Source: Callorhinchus milii (lineage: Eukaryota). Taken from it: a DNA stretch of 64,000 nt. The translations under genes and the position numbers were made by a program. The notes beneath the pieces are model-generated. The model was not told where the DNA came from and made no database searches. It worked only from the letters and a program-made list of their open reading frames with translations. The stretch spans positions 37,760,001 through 37,824,000 of the forward strand of contig NW_024704743.1 in assembly GCF_018977255.1 (NCBI RefSeq), in the 5' to 3' direction. Below, piece after piece: positions 24,502-37,822 of the stretch. The stretch's first letter is position 1, and the number at the start of each line of letters is the position of its first letter.

Positions 24502-25632
24502 ACAACAACAACAACTTGGATTTATATAGCGCCCTCCAAGCCGGACGGCATCTCAGAGCGCTTCACAGTAATGGATCCCGGGGCCGAGCCAGGGGGAGGG
24601 GGAGGAAGGTGACCAAAGGCACGGTTGGAAAGAAAGGTCTTCAGCAGAGACTGAAAATAGAAAGAGAGGGGCCGAGGTGAAGGGAGTGAGGAAGGGAGTT
24701 CCAGAGCTTCGGGGCATAGTGGCTGAAGGCACAGCCGCCGAGGATGGAGTGAAGGACTCGGGGGACAAGGAGGAGGCCAGATGCGGTGGAGAGAAGGCAA
24801 CCGGCATTGTTTTGAAAAGGGAGGAGATCAGAGAGGTAGGGGGGTGCAGAGGAGTGGAGGGATTTGAAGACAAGGGTGAGGATCTTGAAGTCGATCCTCT
24901 CTGGGACAGGCAGCCAGTGCAGTCTGACAAGGACTGGGATAAGAGTTTGGTGCGGGTGAGAATGCGGGCGGCAGAGTTTTGAATAACTGGATTTTATGGA
25001 TGGTAGTGGAGGGGAGGCCGGTGAGGAGGGCGTTTGAATAGTCCAACCAAGAAGTGACAAAGGCATGGACCAGGGTTTCAGCAGCTTTCGGAGAGAGCTA
25101 TTGGCGGAGACAGGCAATGCATCGGAGGTGGAAGAAAGTGGTGCTGGTGAGGGACCGGATGTGGGGAAGAAGGATAATTAGGGGTTGAACCTGACACCTA
25201 GGTTGCATACGGGTCGGAGAGTTTTAGGGGGAGGTCGGGTAGGTGGAGGAGGTGAGAACCGTGAGATTTTAGATGTTGACGAGAGCCAAAGAGTATGGCT
25301 TCCGTCTTGACAGCGTTCAGCTGAAGGAAATTTGCACTCATCCAGGCAGGCTGACAGAGCATCAGGGGACTGGGGGTCGCAAAGTGAAGTGAAAAAATAG
25401 AGGTGGGTGTCGTCCTCATACATGTGGACGTGTACCCCATGTCTGCGGATGACATCCCCAAGAGGGAGCATATAGATCAGAAAGAGGAGGGGGACAAGGA
25501 TGGATCCTTGGGGTACCCCGCAGGTAACCGGGTGAGAGCGGGAGGAGAAACCGTTTGTGCAGATGTACTGCTGGCAGTTTGTGAGGTAGGACTCGAACCA
25601 GGCGAGTGCGCTCCCACTGAGGTGGATGACGG
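24502..25632 (-). mobile_element. L2 LINE, second subfamily, 5'-truncated
   Basis: MLPLGDVIRRHGVHVHMYEDDT and LHWLPVPERIDFKILTLVFKSLH motifs; (CAA)n tail. Confidence 0.92.
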
Positions 25633-26667
25633 ACGAAATTATGCAATTTTATATAAAAACATACCGTAGAATAAAAACAGTAAAGATGTATAGTAACAAT
25701 ATACAATTATCCCACAATAGTGCCACAAAATGGGAATTGGTGACTATTAGTTGGTATTTATCCAAAGGTAAGTAGTAAGATCTGTGTTACCATTTCAGGC
25801 ACATTTACAAGGATTCCAAGTCAAAATATAATGACCTGTGAAAGTGGGTGTATCACCTACAATATGGAAGATGCAGCTTTTCCTATTAATCACTGCACTA
25901 TGCAACATGACTTTGGGTAAATAGATACAATACAATTTTGCATTTACTGTATATAATGCCATTCATGGGAGGATGTCACAAAGTGTTTAACAGTACTGGC
26001 TGGTGGTTGCTGATCCATTGCCAATGAACTTTGCAAAACAAAAAACATTACACAAAAAGATGTTTACAGACTAAACTTGGGCTTATGTTGCCATTTAAAT
26101 AAAATTACAAAACAAGCACAAAGAGTATTGTTAAAGAAACACAGGAGACAGACAGTATGTACAAATAACTGAAAAGCACATTTAAGTTATTGATTGTTGA
26201 TATTTCCTGCAGTTTTTCTTTTACGGGGTGGGAGGTGGGGAGCGGAGGTTGATGCAGAATACAACTCTGGATGTGAATTTCAGAAGGCACAATGAACTTG
26301 CTCATACTGTCTAAGATCAAGCTGCTGGTGAAAGCCAGCTTTATCTTTTTCTAAAAATGTAAATTTTAGAAACTTGATAGGAAATGTAAGAAACAATCTG
26401 CAACCTCTGAGAATAATGGCTGCATGCTACCGAAGATTCTTTTTTTTAAAAAAATTGTCGCTGAAATGTGTTGACAGCTTTTAGAAAATACCAGAAGACC
26501 AGGCAAATGCTGCATAACATAATGCGTCTTTGGAAACTAAATTGATTCAAATTAGCATTTCATTATATTCAAGATCAATAAGTTGTTCTTAATAGCACAC
26601 CAGCCTCAAGGACTGCTCCCTTCATTGGCCCAATTGTTAGCAGGTCTTGGAGTGGACTGAGAATTGA

Positions 26668-26875
26668 TCAGTGGTATTCGTGCTTGGATTCTGCAGCCTT
26701 CAGCTGCTCCTCAAAGTACAGAAGTTGGTCAACTTCAAAACAATCACTCGGCCGGGCACCCATCATTTCCAGTTTTTTCTTCACCTCAGTCTCATTTGCA
26801 TTCTGCTCCCGGGCCATCTTCAGGTAATCATAAACTCTATGAAAGACATCTGCTTCCAGCCTCTGAATGGCTGAC
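26668..26875 (-). CDS. NEK11: NEK11 (NIMA-related kinase 11) last coding exon
   Basis: Polypyrimidine tract plus TAG acceptor (26878-26876). Reads G+SAIQRLEADVFHRVYDYLKMAREQNANETEVKKKLEMMGARPSDCFEVDQLLYFEEQLKAAESKHEYH-TGA, matching the recalled human NEK11 C-terminus (VYNYLKRARHQNASE..SDCFEVDQLLYFEEQL). Confidence 0.93.
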
Positions 26876-27079
26876 CTAAGAGAGAGGGAGAGAGAAATTA
26901 CAGGTGAATGAAAACATCCCCTGGGGTCTGGAAACATGTGCTCAAACAGAGCAATCAGAGGAGGAAAGACAAGATCAAATATTGGGTCAATAAAGGGTCA
27001 ACCACTGTGTCACACATAGGATAGCTGCCAGTCCTGCACTTTTTTTTCCAGCTATAGTCCTGCACTCTCTCCATCTATA

Positions 27080-27312
27080 TGGACTCCTGTAGCTCAGTGA
27101 TTAGAGCACTCGCTTTGCAAGCGAGAGACCTGAGTTCAATTCTCGGCAGGGTGAAACCTTGGGCAAGTTTCCTTACTCCACACGCCTGATGATAATCTCT
27201 CAAAAAAATAACAAATTGGTCATTTCAATCCACGACTGTTTGTGGGACACTGCTGTGCGCAATTGGCTGCCGCATTTCAACCACATATATACAGTCAATT
27301 CACTTTACAGTC
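27080..27312 (+). mobile_element. tRNA-headed Deu SINE lacking its tail
   Basis: Head and Deu core present; stops at CAGTCAATTCACTTTACAG. Confidence 0.88.
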
Positions 27313-27366
27313 ACTGCAGCAATTCACACTGGCATGTGTGGCAGTGTGACATAAAGCGCAGTGCAA

Positions 27367-27472
27367 ATAATAATAATAATAATCCTTGCATTTGATATAG
27401 CGCTTTTCACGTCGGGAGGACGTCCCAAAGCGCTTCACAGAACACACTGTAAAGTGAATTGACTGTATATTT
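27367..27472 (-). mobile_element. Deu SINE 3' tail fragment (inverted)
   Basis: (AAT)n CCTTGCATTTGATATAGCGCTTTTCACGTCGGGAGGACGTCCC. Confidence 0.88.
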
Positions 27473-28175
27473 CAACTATATGAGTGTGAATCAGTCAGAG
27501 AGAGGCAGACTATTATAGATTCACTTGATGCAGTTGATGCTTTTAATTAAACAAAGCAACAAAATATTATCGAAAATACGAAAGTCTCCACAGCATCATT
27601 GGTGACCATGGAATCAAATTAGAACTTTTCTGCACGTCTTTTGTTAAGGTGTTTCTCGTGAGAAATGAATACAGCCTGTTGCTAGCAACCATGACACATT
27701 TTATAAACAAGAGCTCCTGGTTAATTTATTTTATAACTGAGCTTCTGTGTAGTAAATTGCCTCCTGCATCACAGATTTATGTGTAACCATATTCTTTGTG
27801 TACGTAAAAGCACATTGTGCCGACTGGGAGTCCTACACTGGCAGCGACCATTAAATAAATCCCTGCACAGAATGACTCATTCAACTGTCGGCTACCCTCA
27901 CAGTTTCTCAAGTCTCGCCTGGTCTGTCATGTAAAGTGATCTTTGATTATAATTCTCTTTCCTTCATCAAGTGTGGACTAGGCTGCTCAGCTTGAGTCAT
28001 CCAACTCAGCCAGGCACAACCACACACTATAATTGGACCATTTATATGAAAAGGGCACCATTTAATATGAAAAATTTGGTCACTGAGATTTTCACAGCTT
28101 TTTTGACTTTTTAGTTAAGAGGCCAGACTTTGACTGAAATGTGAGTGATGGCAACATATCAGTGGCAGAGTTAAA

Positions 28176-29051
28176 ACAGAATGTCTGTCAGACATCAAGT
28201 CCTGGATGACAGCTAACTTTCTTCAGTTGAACGTCAACAAGACCGAGTCTCTCTTGATTGGATCCTGTCAGCACCTCCTCACCTCAGGCGCTGACAGCAT
28301 CACCATCCATGGTTGCACACTCCACCTTACTAAGTCAGTCTGGAACTTGGGGTCTTGTTTAACCCTCAACTATCCTTTCTACTCCACATCTGTGCCATGA
28401 CCGGCTCTGCCTTCCCCCACCTCTGCAACTTCGCCCGGCTCCGCCACTGTCTCACTCCACAGGCCGCCGAGACCCTCATACACACCTTCATTACATCAAG
28501 GCTGACTATGCAAACTCCTTGTTTGTCGGTCTCTCCAACTCCTCCCTCCACAGGCTGCAGATCATCCAGAACTCTGCAAATCGTGTGCTCTCCGCGACCC
28601 TATCACCCCCACCCTCGCCCGACTCCACTGGCTACCCATCACACAGAGGATGCAGTTCAAGATCCTGGTCCTCACCTTCAAAGCCCTCCATGTTCTTGCT
28701 CCCCCTTACCTCTCTGACCTCCTAACCCCCTACCATCCTGTTCGCTCCCTCTGCTCAGTGGCCTCTGGCCTGCTTTACGTCGCTACTATTGGTAGGCAGG
28801 CTTTCCGCCATTCTGCACCCACCCTCTGGAATTCCATCCCTCAGTCCCTCCGTCTCACCCCCTCCCTTGCCATTCCTTCAAGACCCACGTCAATATCCTC
28901 CTCTTCAACTGTGCTTTTGATCTCTCTGCTTCCCCCCTGCCGTCCCCCCTCCCGACCCTCAGCTCTGGACCGTAACTTTGTCTGTCCAGCGCCTTGGGAT
29001 GTCCTCCCAACTTGAAAGGCACTTTACAAAAGTAATTTTTTTTTGTTGTTG
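28176..29051 (+). mobile_element. L2 LINE, 5'-truncated
   Basis: WMTANFLQLNVNKTE and QFKILVLTFKALHVLAPPYLSDLL motifs; L2 tail. Confidence 0.92.
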
Positions 29052-30464
29052 AACTAACTGAAAGTGTTCCAGATTTTGATCCTCTTAAATTGAAACAGTA
29101 AAATAAAGCTCATCTTGCCATTTAGATCCATGTGGGTGACTAACTCAGCTTAATTTGATTTATCTCCTGACTGGGACAAAACACTGTTACTCTTTATTCC
29201 CTGTTCAGTGGGACCTTTGTTCTGAGTTTGCATTCATAATGCTACATTCGTCCATATAATGATAACATAAATTACTCTATTCTATGTTATGAGCTCAAGC
29301 TATGACGGATTGACACTTACACTCAGCCACAATGTTGATTTATAACTGTTCTCCAGTTTCCTCTAACTTCCTTAAGCTAATTGTTTTAAGCATTACAAAA
29401 ATAACTAATTGTTCTACCTATACCTGATACTCTGAGGTAGCACCTTTTCACGTTGGGAAGACATTTCAAAATACTTCACTGGATCAACTGTAGATGTAGA
29501 TTGTATATTTTGTAGACAAACACAGCAGTCAATTTCACACAACAATATCCCAAGCAGTCCTGACATGAATGACCAATTTTATTTGGAGGACTGTTGGCCA
29601 GGCTAGGCAGTCATGACCTTGGCACCCTTCTTTTCTCCAAAGCTCTCCCATTTGTCTGAATAATTTCTTATAATTTTCTTCAATTGCATCTATAATGGTT
29701 ACCAATTGTCATATTATTTTATTGGTGTCAAGGGCTTCTACACAATTTGGCTCAGTCGTGCTCCAGTCAAAGGTCAGATCATCTCTTGTGATTACAGTGT
29801 GAGTTTAGCTATTCGCAACACTTTCCTTTCCCAATCTACTCTTCCTCTTGGAATACCACATGAAATGAGGTGCTAATAGATTGGCTGAAACTCCAATCGT
29901 ACAATAAGCGGATGTTAAGCTATTCAAATTACTTTGTAAATAAGGTAACAATAGACATAAGATTAAAGTGCAGTGCCACTATAACAGAACTGTATCCAAC
30001 AATAAAATATGAAATAATAACATTGAAAACACACTGCTTTCTCAAATTTAGTGTCAAGAGATGAGCTAATGTTATGAACCAGCCTGACCAATGGTTAATC
30101 GAACACTTGCATCTTTGATTTGTCCATTGAAACAAAAGCAACTTGCATTTATATAGCATCCTTCATACAGGGTAGAGTCTCTCAACACTGAAGCAGGTTA
30201 CAGCTACTGATGCTCTGTCACCAGCTGCAGACGTTCCCATCCACACGGGAAGAAATGTCCTTAACATTGAGGGAGGTCGCAGGAGACTTATTGACAAACT
30301 CATTCATGGTCGATTATATGAAAATAATAAATAATGGAGCAACATTCCTTCATTTTAAGATATTTGTCCCCTTGGATCCCATGTTAATTTAATTATCTTA
30401 ACCCATTGGGTCCCATGAATGAGTTTCGATGACTGGACACATTGTTCTTCCAGAGGCTGCTGTA

Positions 30465-31030
30465 CTGCCTCCAAGGTGGAATGCCTGACAACAGAATATC
30501 CGGAATCCAGCCGGCCCTCTGTGGCGGTCTCATTATTTTGGTTCCTGAGCCAGGTGGGTCCACAGTATTCCAGGGCACTACTGATGACAGCACAGCCAGC
30601 CTGGCTCATCAGGAGGATCTGGAAGGGTAGACCAGTCACTGGCAGGGAGTCAACCCACTCAGCTCCTGTTAACCCTGCAAGCCAAGACCCTAATGGGTAG
30701 GGTAGTCCTACCTGGACAAGCTGTGGGAAAGCTTGCCAGACAGTGCTTTCAATGGCAAGCTATGTGGTTTTAGCTGATTAGACTCCAGCAGTACCCCAAC
30801 ACACACTTTGGGGTCTCCACACCTTGGCTCTTGCCAACTTGCGCCTAATATTTTCTGGAATAAGGTAAGCAAGATGCATCCCTCCAGGGAGAGAGTGTGC
30901 ATTCCATTCCAATAATCTATCTTTAGGATTTCAATGATGAGGTGGGATGCATGTAAAGCTCAGCTTGTTTGGATACTCTTAAGCAAAGTGATGGGTTTCC
31001 ACATGTGTCACAGGCTAACCAAAAACAAAA
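30465..31030 (+). repeat. Family X, longest uninterrupted copy
   Basis: Contains all shared blocks and ends in GATGGGTTTCCACATGTGTCACAGGCTAACC-AAAAACAAAA. Confidence 0.85.
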
Positions 31031-32849
31031 TCTCTGAATCAGATGAATGTGATCTGTGGTTGGGATTTTGAATTGATGTCCTAACACTCCAGTGCAGTGT
31101 TGGGAGAGTGCTGCATTGTCGGGGGTGTCATCCTTCAGATTATATGGAATGAGGTCCCATCTGCCTGTTCAGGTAGATATGTATAAAAACATTAATTTCA
31201 ATTCAGATATGGGAAATGGTCTTGGGATCACTGATATTGCACAACAGAACTGCAACCTGAAGAGACCGAGGAAAGTGCAGACTTGTCTCTGGATTAGAGA
31301 GAGGCTTTGACAAACTGCCAAACTTTGAATGGTTAGTGTAACAGAAATTGCCCTTGCTGCATTCAATCCTACATTTCTTCTGCTGGGAGTAAAGCTTGAT
31401 TTAAATGTCACGCTCCACATCACTTTGAATCAGTACCAAAGGGTGAAGCACAAAACTCAGACCTGAATCCCAAACAGAGTTGTATCCAATTCAAATACGT
31501 CAATTGCTTTTCACCCTTACAGTGCTGTAAATATGTTTACTCGTCAAGACCAGACATTGGAGCTCCTGGGTGAGATTAGCAGCAGCCTTTCTGAGTTTGC
31601 ACCTTGCTTTAAGGCTACAGGAAAAAGGTTCTGGTTGAAAAGGAAGCCTTAAGAGATAGTATTCAGCTCTTGATGGACAATCGCTCAGGTCTGATTCCCA
31701 CCTGCATAATGGATGGTGAAAGTCATGAAGAATGAAGGCAAATGCATGCTCATAAAGCGTTTCAAACTTAATTTTCTTACACAAGGAGAAAAAGTGTCAG
31801 AATAGGTAACTTGTTTCCACTGAATAGAAAAGAAATGGTAACTTCCGAGAAAACACGAAGAAGAAAAGGAACAGCACGTGAGCAGAATTAAGTGTTTACA
31901 TTCTTACTTTTAGATAAAATTGAATTCAATTTTTTTGTAGTGCAGGATTTTTGTATGATTCTTGACATTTGAGTAGTAATATTGCAGTGCCGTGATGTAG
32001 GTGTTGAAAACATAAAATAACTTGTCAGCCCTGGGAGAAACTGCTAAGTCCGTGGACGTGCCAACAATGTACTAATGTAGAAAACTAAAATGGTGACAAA
32101 TACATTCAGAGGATGAAAGTCTGCATTTTTCATGTCGTGCCAATGTTTCTTGCGTGTGTAGAGATTTATTTTGCCCTATCTTCATTTAAACGGCTCAATT
32201 ATCTTTGGTATCTTACTGTTAGTTTCCTACTGTCAAGACATCTTCAATGTAACTTCTGCCAGCTGGCAGTAGAGCAGAGACACACATCCAATTCTTGGTG
32301 ACCTAGTGTAAAGTAATCATCAATTTTCCTAGCCAACAGAGCTTCAAGAGAAAGGAATGAATCTGTATATCTTGGCACTGATATCTCCAACAAGTCTAAA
32401 GGCCAATGATATAAGTACAAGTCTAATTAACTATATATTTTCTGGGCGAAACATAGCAGCCAATTGTGAACAGCAGTGTCGCACAGGCAATAATTGTATA
32501 GGAATAACAGTGACCAAAGAACTGCTCTCTGGTGCCATACAGGTTGTGACAATGATATTACTGTTCAGACACCACAAAGTTTGTCTTGTACATGTTGAGC
32601 TGCAAGAAATTGTGGTTCATCCAGACCTTGATGTCTGAATGGCAAGCTGACAGAAATCAAAATCAGAATAAGGGGTAGAAGTGGAATCCTGCAGAGAGGC
32701 TGCTCTGAAAGACATTGTCAATGGCATAATAATCAGCCCTTTATTGGACAATCTTAACTAATTCACATTTAATTTCTTCCAATGTTCCTTAAACATAGAA
32801 AACAGACTATTGTAAGTGTACTGGTGACTATTTAATTCTATTCTCTGAA

Positions 32850-33140
32850 AGCAGTGTCCCACAAACAGTCGTGGATTGAGTGACTAAATTATTATTATTC
32901 TTGAAGGGATTATTATCCCCAGAAAAGCAATCCGCCAATCGACTAACAACAACGACAATAACAAATTACCTTTGTATAACACCTTTCACGTCACAATCGG
33001 GTTCCTACTTACTGCTAGGTAAACAGAAGCATGTGAAGTAAGGAAGCTCGCCCAACCTTTCGACCTTCCCAGGAATCAAACCCTGATCTTCTTACTTGCA
33101 AGGCGGCGAGTGCTCTAACCACTAAGCTACAGGACTCCAT
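32850..33140 (-). mobile_element. Deu SINE, long subfamily, with a short L2 tail inserted (~32945-32992)
   Basis: Reverse-complement head (GAGTGCTCTAACCACTAAGCTACAGGACTCCA) and Deu core. Confidence 0.82.
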
Positions 33141-34930
33141 AATTGACTCCAAAAGCGGCCTTTTCATAGAAGCAATTTTCGTTTATTTGGTTGTGGAAAA
33201 TCTGTTGGAAACATATTTTCAACACAATATTCTGTGGAAAACGTAGAGCATTGGAGCACTCTATCCTACAGATGACAAGGGCACGAAGAAGGGATTCAAG
33301 CATGGAGGTGATGAGGTAGGAATTTACATAAACCAGGTTCTTAGAGTGAAAAGCAATGATAGTAGTGACAGATTCTGATGCTTGAAACTCAGTGCAAGGT
33401 CCAATAGAACAGTGAAATGTCCAGCATCAACTTCAGCCCGAGTGAGCAACATGGCAGATCAGCAGAATAGGAGCCAGAGACACGCTGTTGCCGGAGAGAG
33501 ACGAACAAATTGGCTTCAATTTTGGCTGTATTCAGCTGCAGAAAGTTATGGCTCATCCTGGCCTTTGTGTGACTGGAGGTCAGCTAAATTGCTGGGGTGC
33601 TGGATGCAAGGGTAATGGCAGAGGGGTAGATGTGATCAGTTTCCCACATACAACTTCAATTTCATCACTGCAGTCTGAACTCCAGTATTGAAGGGAAGCT
33701 GGGCATCGTGTCTTTACACTCACTGTATGTTGGTGGTTGGAATGTGGAATTCTTTGCCACAAACCTCTGTAGAAGCTAAATCACATATTTTATAAATAAC
33801 ATTTTAAAAACGAATTAAGAATCAAAATAAATTATTGAAAACAAAGTATTAAAATAAATTAAAAATGAAATTAAATTGTTTTACTTTATGAAGGTTGCAG
33901 GCATAAAAAATGAATCATTAAAGGGTGAGGGGGCGAAGGCTTGTGGTGGCTCATGTGGGGAAAAAAAAATCTGAGATGATGAACATAATGGTCTGTTTCT
34001 GTGCTGTAACATTCACAAGCTAACAATCATGAGTGTCAGCTACATTAGGAATGCAAAAACTTTCCTTTCTTTAGTGATCCATTTTGAGTTGAGAAAGCCT
34101 TTCCAAGCTGACACTGGTGGGGGCATTTCAAGCAGCCTATCCCCTAGTGAAATAAGTGGGCGGCCATAACCTAGATTTAAATTCCAGTTAATAATTATTC
34201 ATCCTAGTTGAAACAATGTAACCTTAAAATTTGTATTACTATATACCAAGCAAGAATAAATCACTTACTTAGCAAGCACAAGGGATGCACATGCCCCATT
34301 TCTAGAAACATGGGATTGTGCACTGAATGCAGAATCTGGTTTCATTAAAATTTAGATCAGCAACTGAGCTTTATACAATGAGAGAGTTATTCATTCTTGA
34401 GAAAAAAAGATCAGCACCGCAGAGCTCTGCAGTAACTCAGGGGACTTCCTGGGAAACATCCTCCAAAGTAGATGATTAAAGCTGACCTGTAATCTTCCTT
34501 CCTGAGGGTAGACTGAAACCCTCAGATATTTTTAAATTGTACTTTTTCTTCTTCCCGTCCGCACAACCAATTCCCTGTTCCACGGTGGAAGCTGCCATTT
34601 TCACAAGTAAGTAGCACAGGATTCCCATTGGGAATGAGCTAGGTCAAACAAGAGTCACTGCTTTCCACCCACACAGATATAGATGATTGTTTCACAATCA
34701 CGTAGTCCTACTGTGCTAAGCACAGTAAAAATGTAATCACCGAATGTATTGTTTGCTGCCCCATTTTAGCATTGGCTTTCATTTGTTTGTCAATTCATGT
34801 CACAAATGTGAGGTGATTTGCGCTGGCTATACTGTAAATGGTTAATACGAGATCCTGCTTCTGTAGCTAAATGTCAATCTATCCACTTGAAACCCATCAA
34901 CTTTTGGCCAATAAAGAAAGAATCAGTTGA

Positions 34931-35936
34931 CACAGAATCTATGGCACTTGGTCTGCTAAACTTTGTTTAAAGAAACGGTGTAGTATTCCGTTACAATGCA
35001 ATACAGCACTCAGCCAAATAAGGTGGCTTCAAGTCTCATTGATGTTGAAAGGTTGTAGAGTTATGGCTTTATCAGAACTTTATCAGACAGGCAGCCAGAT
35101 GGAACAGCGGAAATCTTGGATACAAGCAGAGGGAGGTTAGGATCAATTTCACTGCATACAACTTTCATTTCATCACCTTTCTTCAATTTCAAAATACTCT
35201 TGTCAAGATGGATTTTGAAAGGGCCCCCCAAGTCCACTGGTGTTTTTTTTGAAAAGCAAGAGAAAGGCAATATTACTTCCAACAACAACTTGCACTTAAT
35301 ATGACACCTTTCAAATAGAATGAACATCTTGAAGATATTAACAATTAAGCAGGTAATACCAAGCAGAGAGAATAGAAAGTTACCAATGTTAACCAAAGGG
35401 AGAGTGTTTAATGGGTGGATGATATTCTTGGAACAAGTTCTTAAGAATCATGCAATCACTCCTATGGTGCATTTGCAATGCCATCAAGTATTTTTGTTTA
35501 TAAACAGCAAGCGTTCTTTTGCAAGATGATGGAGCACCTTTAATGTACTGCTGTCCACGCTAATAGGAGGCTGCTTCGCCCTACAGAACTATCATTTTCT
35601 CTTCAAACTTGTCATTTTCTCAAGCAGAAATATTCCTAGAATACACATAGAATAATAGATCAAAGGGAGGCAGATAAGGCTGCAATTCATTCATGGAAAT
35701 ACAATGAGCATAAACTTTGAGTGAAGTTAAACCCTCCCTCCACCTCCACAGAATCTATGGCACTTGGTCTGCTAAACTTTGTTTAAAGCAAGCAGCCACT
35801 GAGGAACGGTCTAGTATTCTGTTACAATGCAATACAGCACTTAGCCAAACAAGGTGGCTTCAAGTCTCATTGATGTTGAAAGGTTGTAGAGTTATGGCTT
35901 TATCAGAACTTTATCAGACAGGCAGCCAGATGGAAC
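34931..35936 (+). repeat. Local direct duplication (34931-35105 and 35747-35936)
   Basis: CACAGAATCTATGGCACTTGG...GGCAGCCAGATGGAAC occurs twice, nearly identical; the second copy has an extra ~15 nt. Confidence 0.92.
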
Positions 35937-36129
35937 CCCCACCCCCATCACAAAACTACCTTCAGCTCAGATACTTGCTATTTTACTTAACACTGTACAA
36001 GGTAAGTTTTATTGTTAAATATTAAACTGATCAACACTGATCTCTTGTGTGCTAGTGACAAGGCACTCACAATGCTGCTCTAATACTATTCAACCAATAC
36101 GACTCTACACAGAATTTCTTCAAAGACTA

Positions 36130-36480
36130 TTAAAGCATCGAAATAGATCATTTGGTCCAACTAGTCCATGCTGATGTTTATTGCCTACTTAAGCCTCCAT
36201 CCCTCCCTCCCTTCTCCCACACGTATGCGAGAAATCCCTTCCCTTCCTTTCTCCCACACGTATGCATCGCGTTTCCTCTTAAATACATTGATGCCTTTTG
36301 CTTCACTCACAACTTATGGCAGTGAGTTCCACATTCCTCCGTGTAAAGACATTCCTCTCAAACTCTCTTTTAGATTAGCTACTGGCTATCTTATTTTTAT
36401 GCCCCATTGTTTTGAACTCACTAACAGGTGAAAACAGCCTATTTATGTCCATCTTATTAAACCCTTTAATAATTTTAAAC
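36130..36480 (-). mobile_element. Degenerate CR1 3' fragment
   Basis: GGCAGTGAGTTCCACATT..TGTAAAG and ATTTGGTCCAACTAGTCCATG resemble the reverse-complement CR1 3' region. Confidence 0.5.
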
Positions 36481-37822
36481 ATACACTCTTGGCAAAAGCT
36501 ATAGAGAGACAATAGTGGAGCTTAAATGGATTACATGTTTCATCTTAACTCAGGCCTTGATTTTTAACGTTTTTCAATGAAAAACATAATCCATTTAAGC
36601 TCAACTTTCACTATTTGTGATCTCATCAGAAATTCTCAATTCAATCATTATGCTTCATGTGTAGTGCTGTCAATGTGACAGGAGTCCTGATTCAGTAATT
36701 TTTTTCAATCGTTCTTTTGCAGTTCATAAGACTGCAATATGTGTCCCATGGCACTTACAATATTTTAATACAAAATCATTCTGCCATTAACTACAGTAAT
36801 TCTACAAAATGTGTTTAAATAGAGTAGTGGAAGCTTCCTACCCGTGCTGAGAGAGCCTCACACAAGTGACAAGGGCTATCAATGTATTCAATTTACAATC
36901 TCCGAAGCTCATTTCAGTAAAGGTACTCTTGGCAAAATCAGCAACTCACGCCCTTTCTCACCTCTTTCAAGGTCCAAGTCTTCCTGTTAACTGCGCTTCC
37001 AGTCGTCTTTCCCTTCCTCCCCCCCTCAGTTCCCAGCCCCAGCTCGGGTGCCAAGCCAGGAACTTAAATCACTTTGGGATGTTCTGTCAACATGAAAGCT
37101 GCTACAGAACAAAATACAAATGGTTATCCATTTGTAACCATTTGTATTTTGTTGCAGTTCATTTTAAAATTTCGCTCTCTCCTCTTCAATCGTAAAGAAA
37201 TTAAACACACAGTCCTGGAATCAATAAGCATATTAATTTTAAACCACAGATTCATTACAGTCATTCTACATCTGAATACGTAAGGAAGTCAAGATTTCCT
37301 GTACTTCAGGAAATCCTGAATTAAAGATCTAGCACTTTAATGAATGACGACCTTCTTCCATTGAAAACCAAATGTGCCATTAGAGCTGTGAGTCTGACAA
37401 TGCCCACAAGACAGGGGTCTGGAGTAGTGCAGACAGCAGACATTTTCCTGAAATGGTTCATCTGTTTTACTTTCTTTTTTGAAAAAAACTTACAACATGA
37501 CCTATGAATGGATGTATGGGAGATTCATTTGATTGCTAGTAAAATATGATTATTGTTCAGTGAGTGGGATAACCCACGAATGATTTAAAGTCTGTGCTAG
37601 ACTGCAGGTCTCCAATCACATGCTCTCATTAACTCAGAACATTAAGAACTAATCGGATTTAAAAAATTAAATGGCGAAGGAATAAAAGTGCAGTATATTT
37701 CTTTATGGTTCGGTTCCTAATTGGCCTTTTGCTGTGATTTGTAGATTGAATATTTTATACTGTGAAGATTTGCTGAAATTAATTTAATTAAGTTTTCAAG
37801 GATTAGGATTGATGCTATCTCC

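Noticed and set aside
26876..26937. N-terminal extension MFPDPRGCFHSPVISLSLSLR in the ORF track
   Set aside because: It is the intronic polypyrimidine tract upstream of the AG acceptor.
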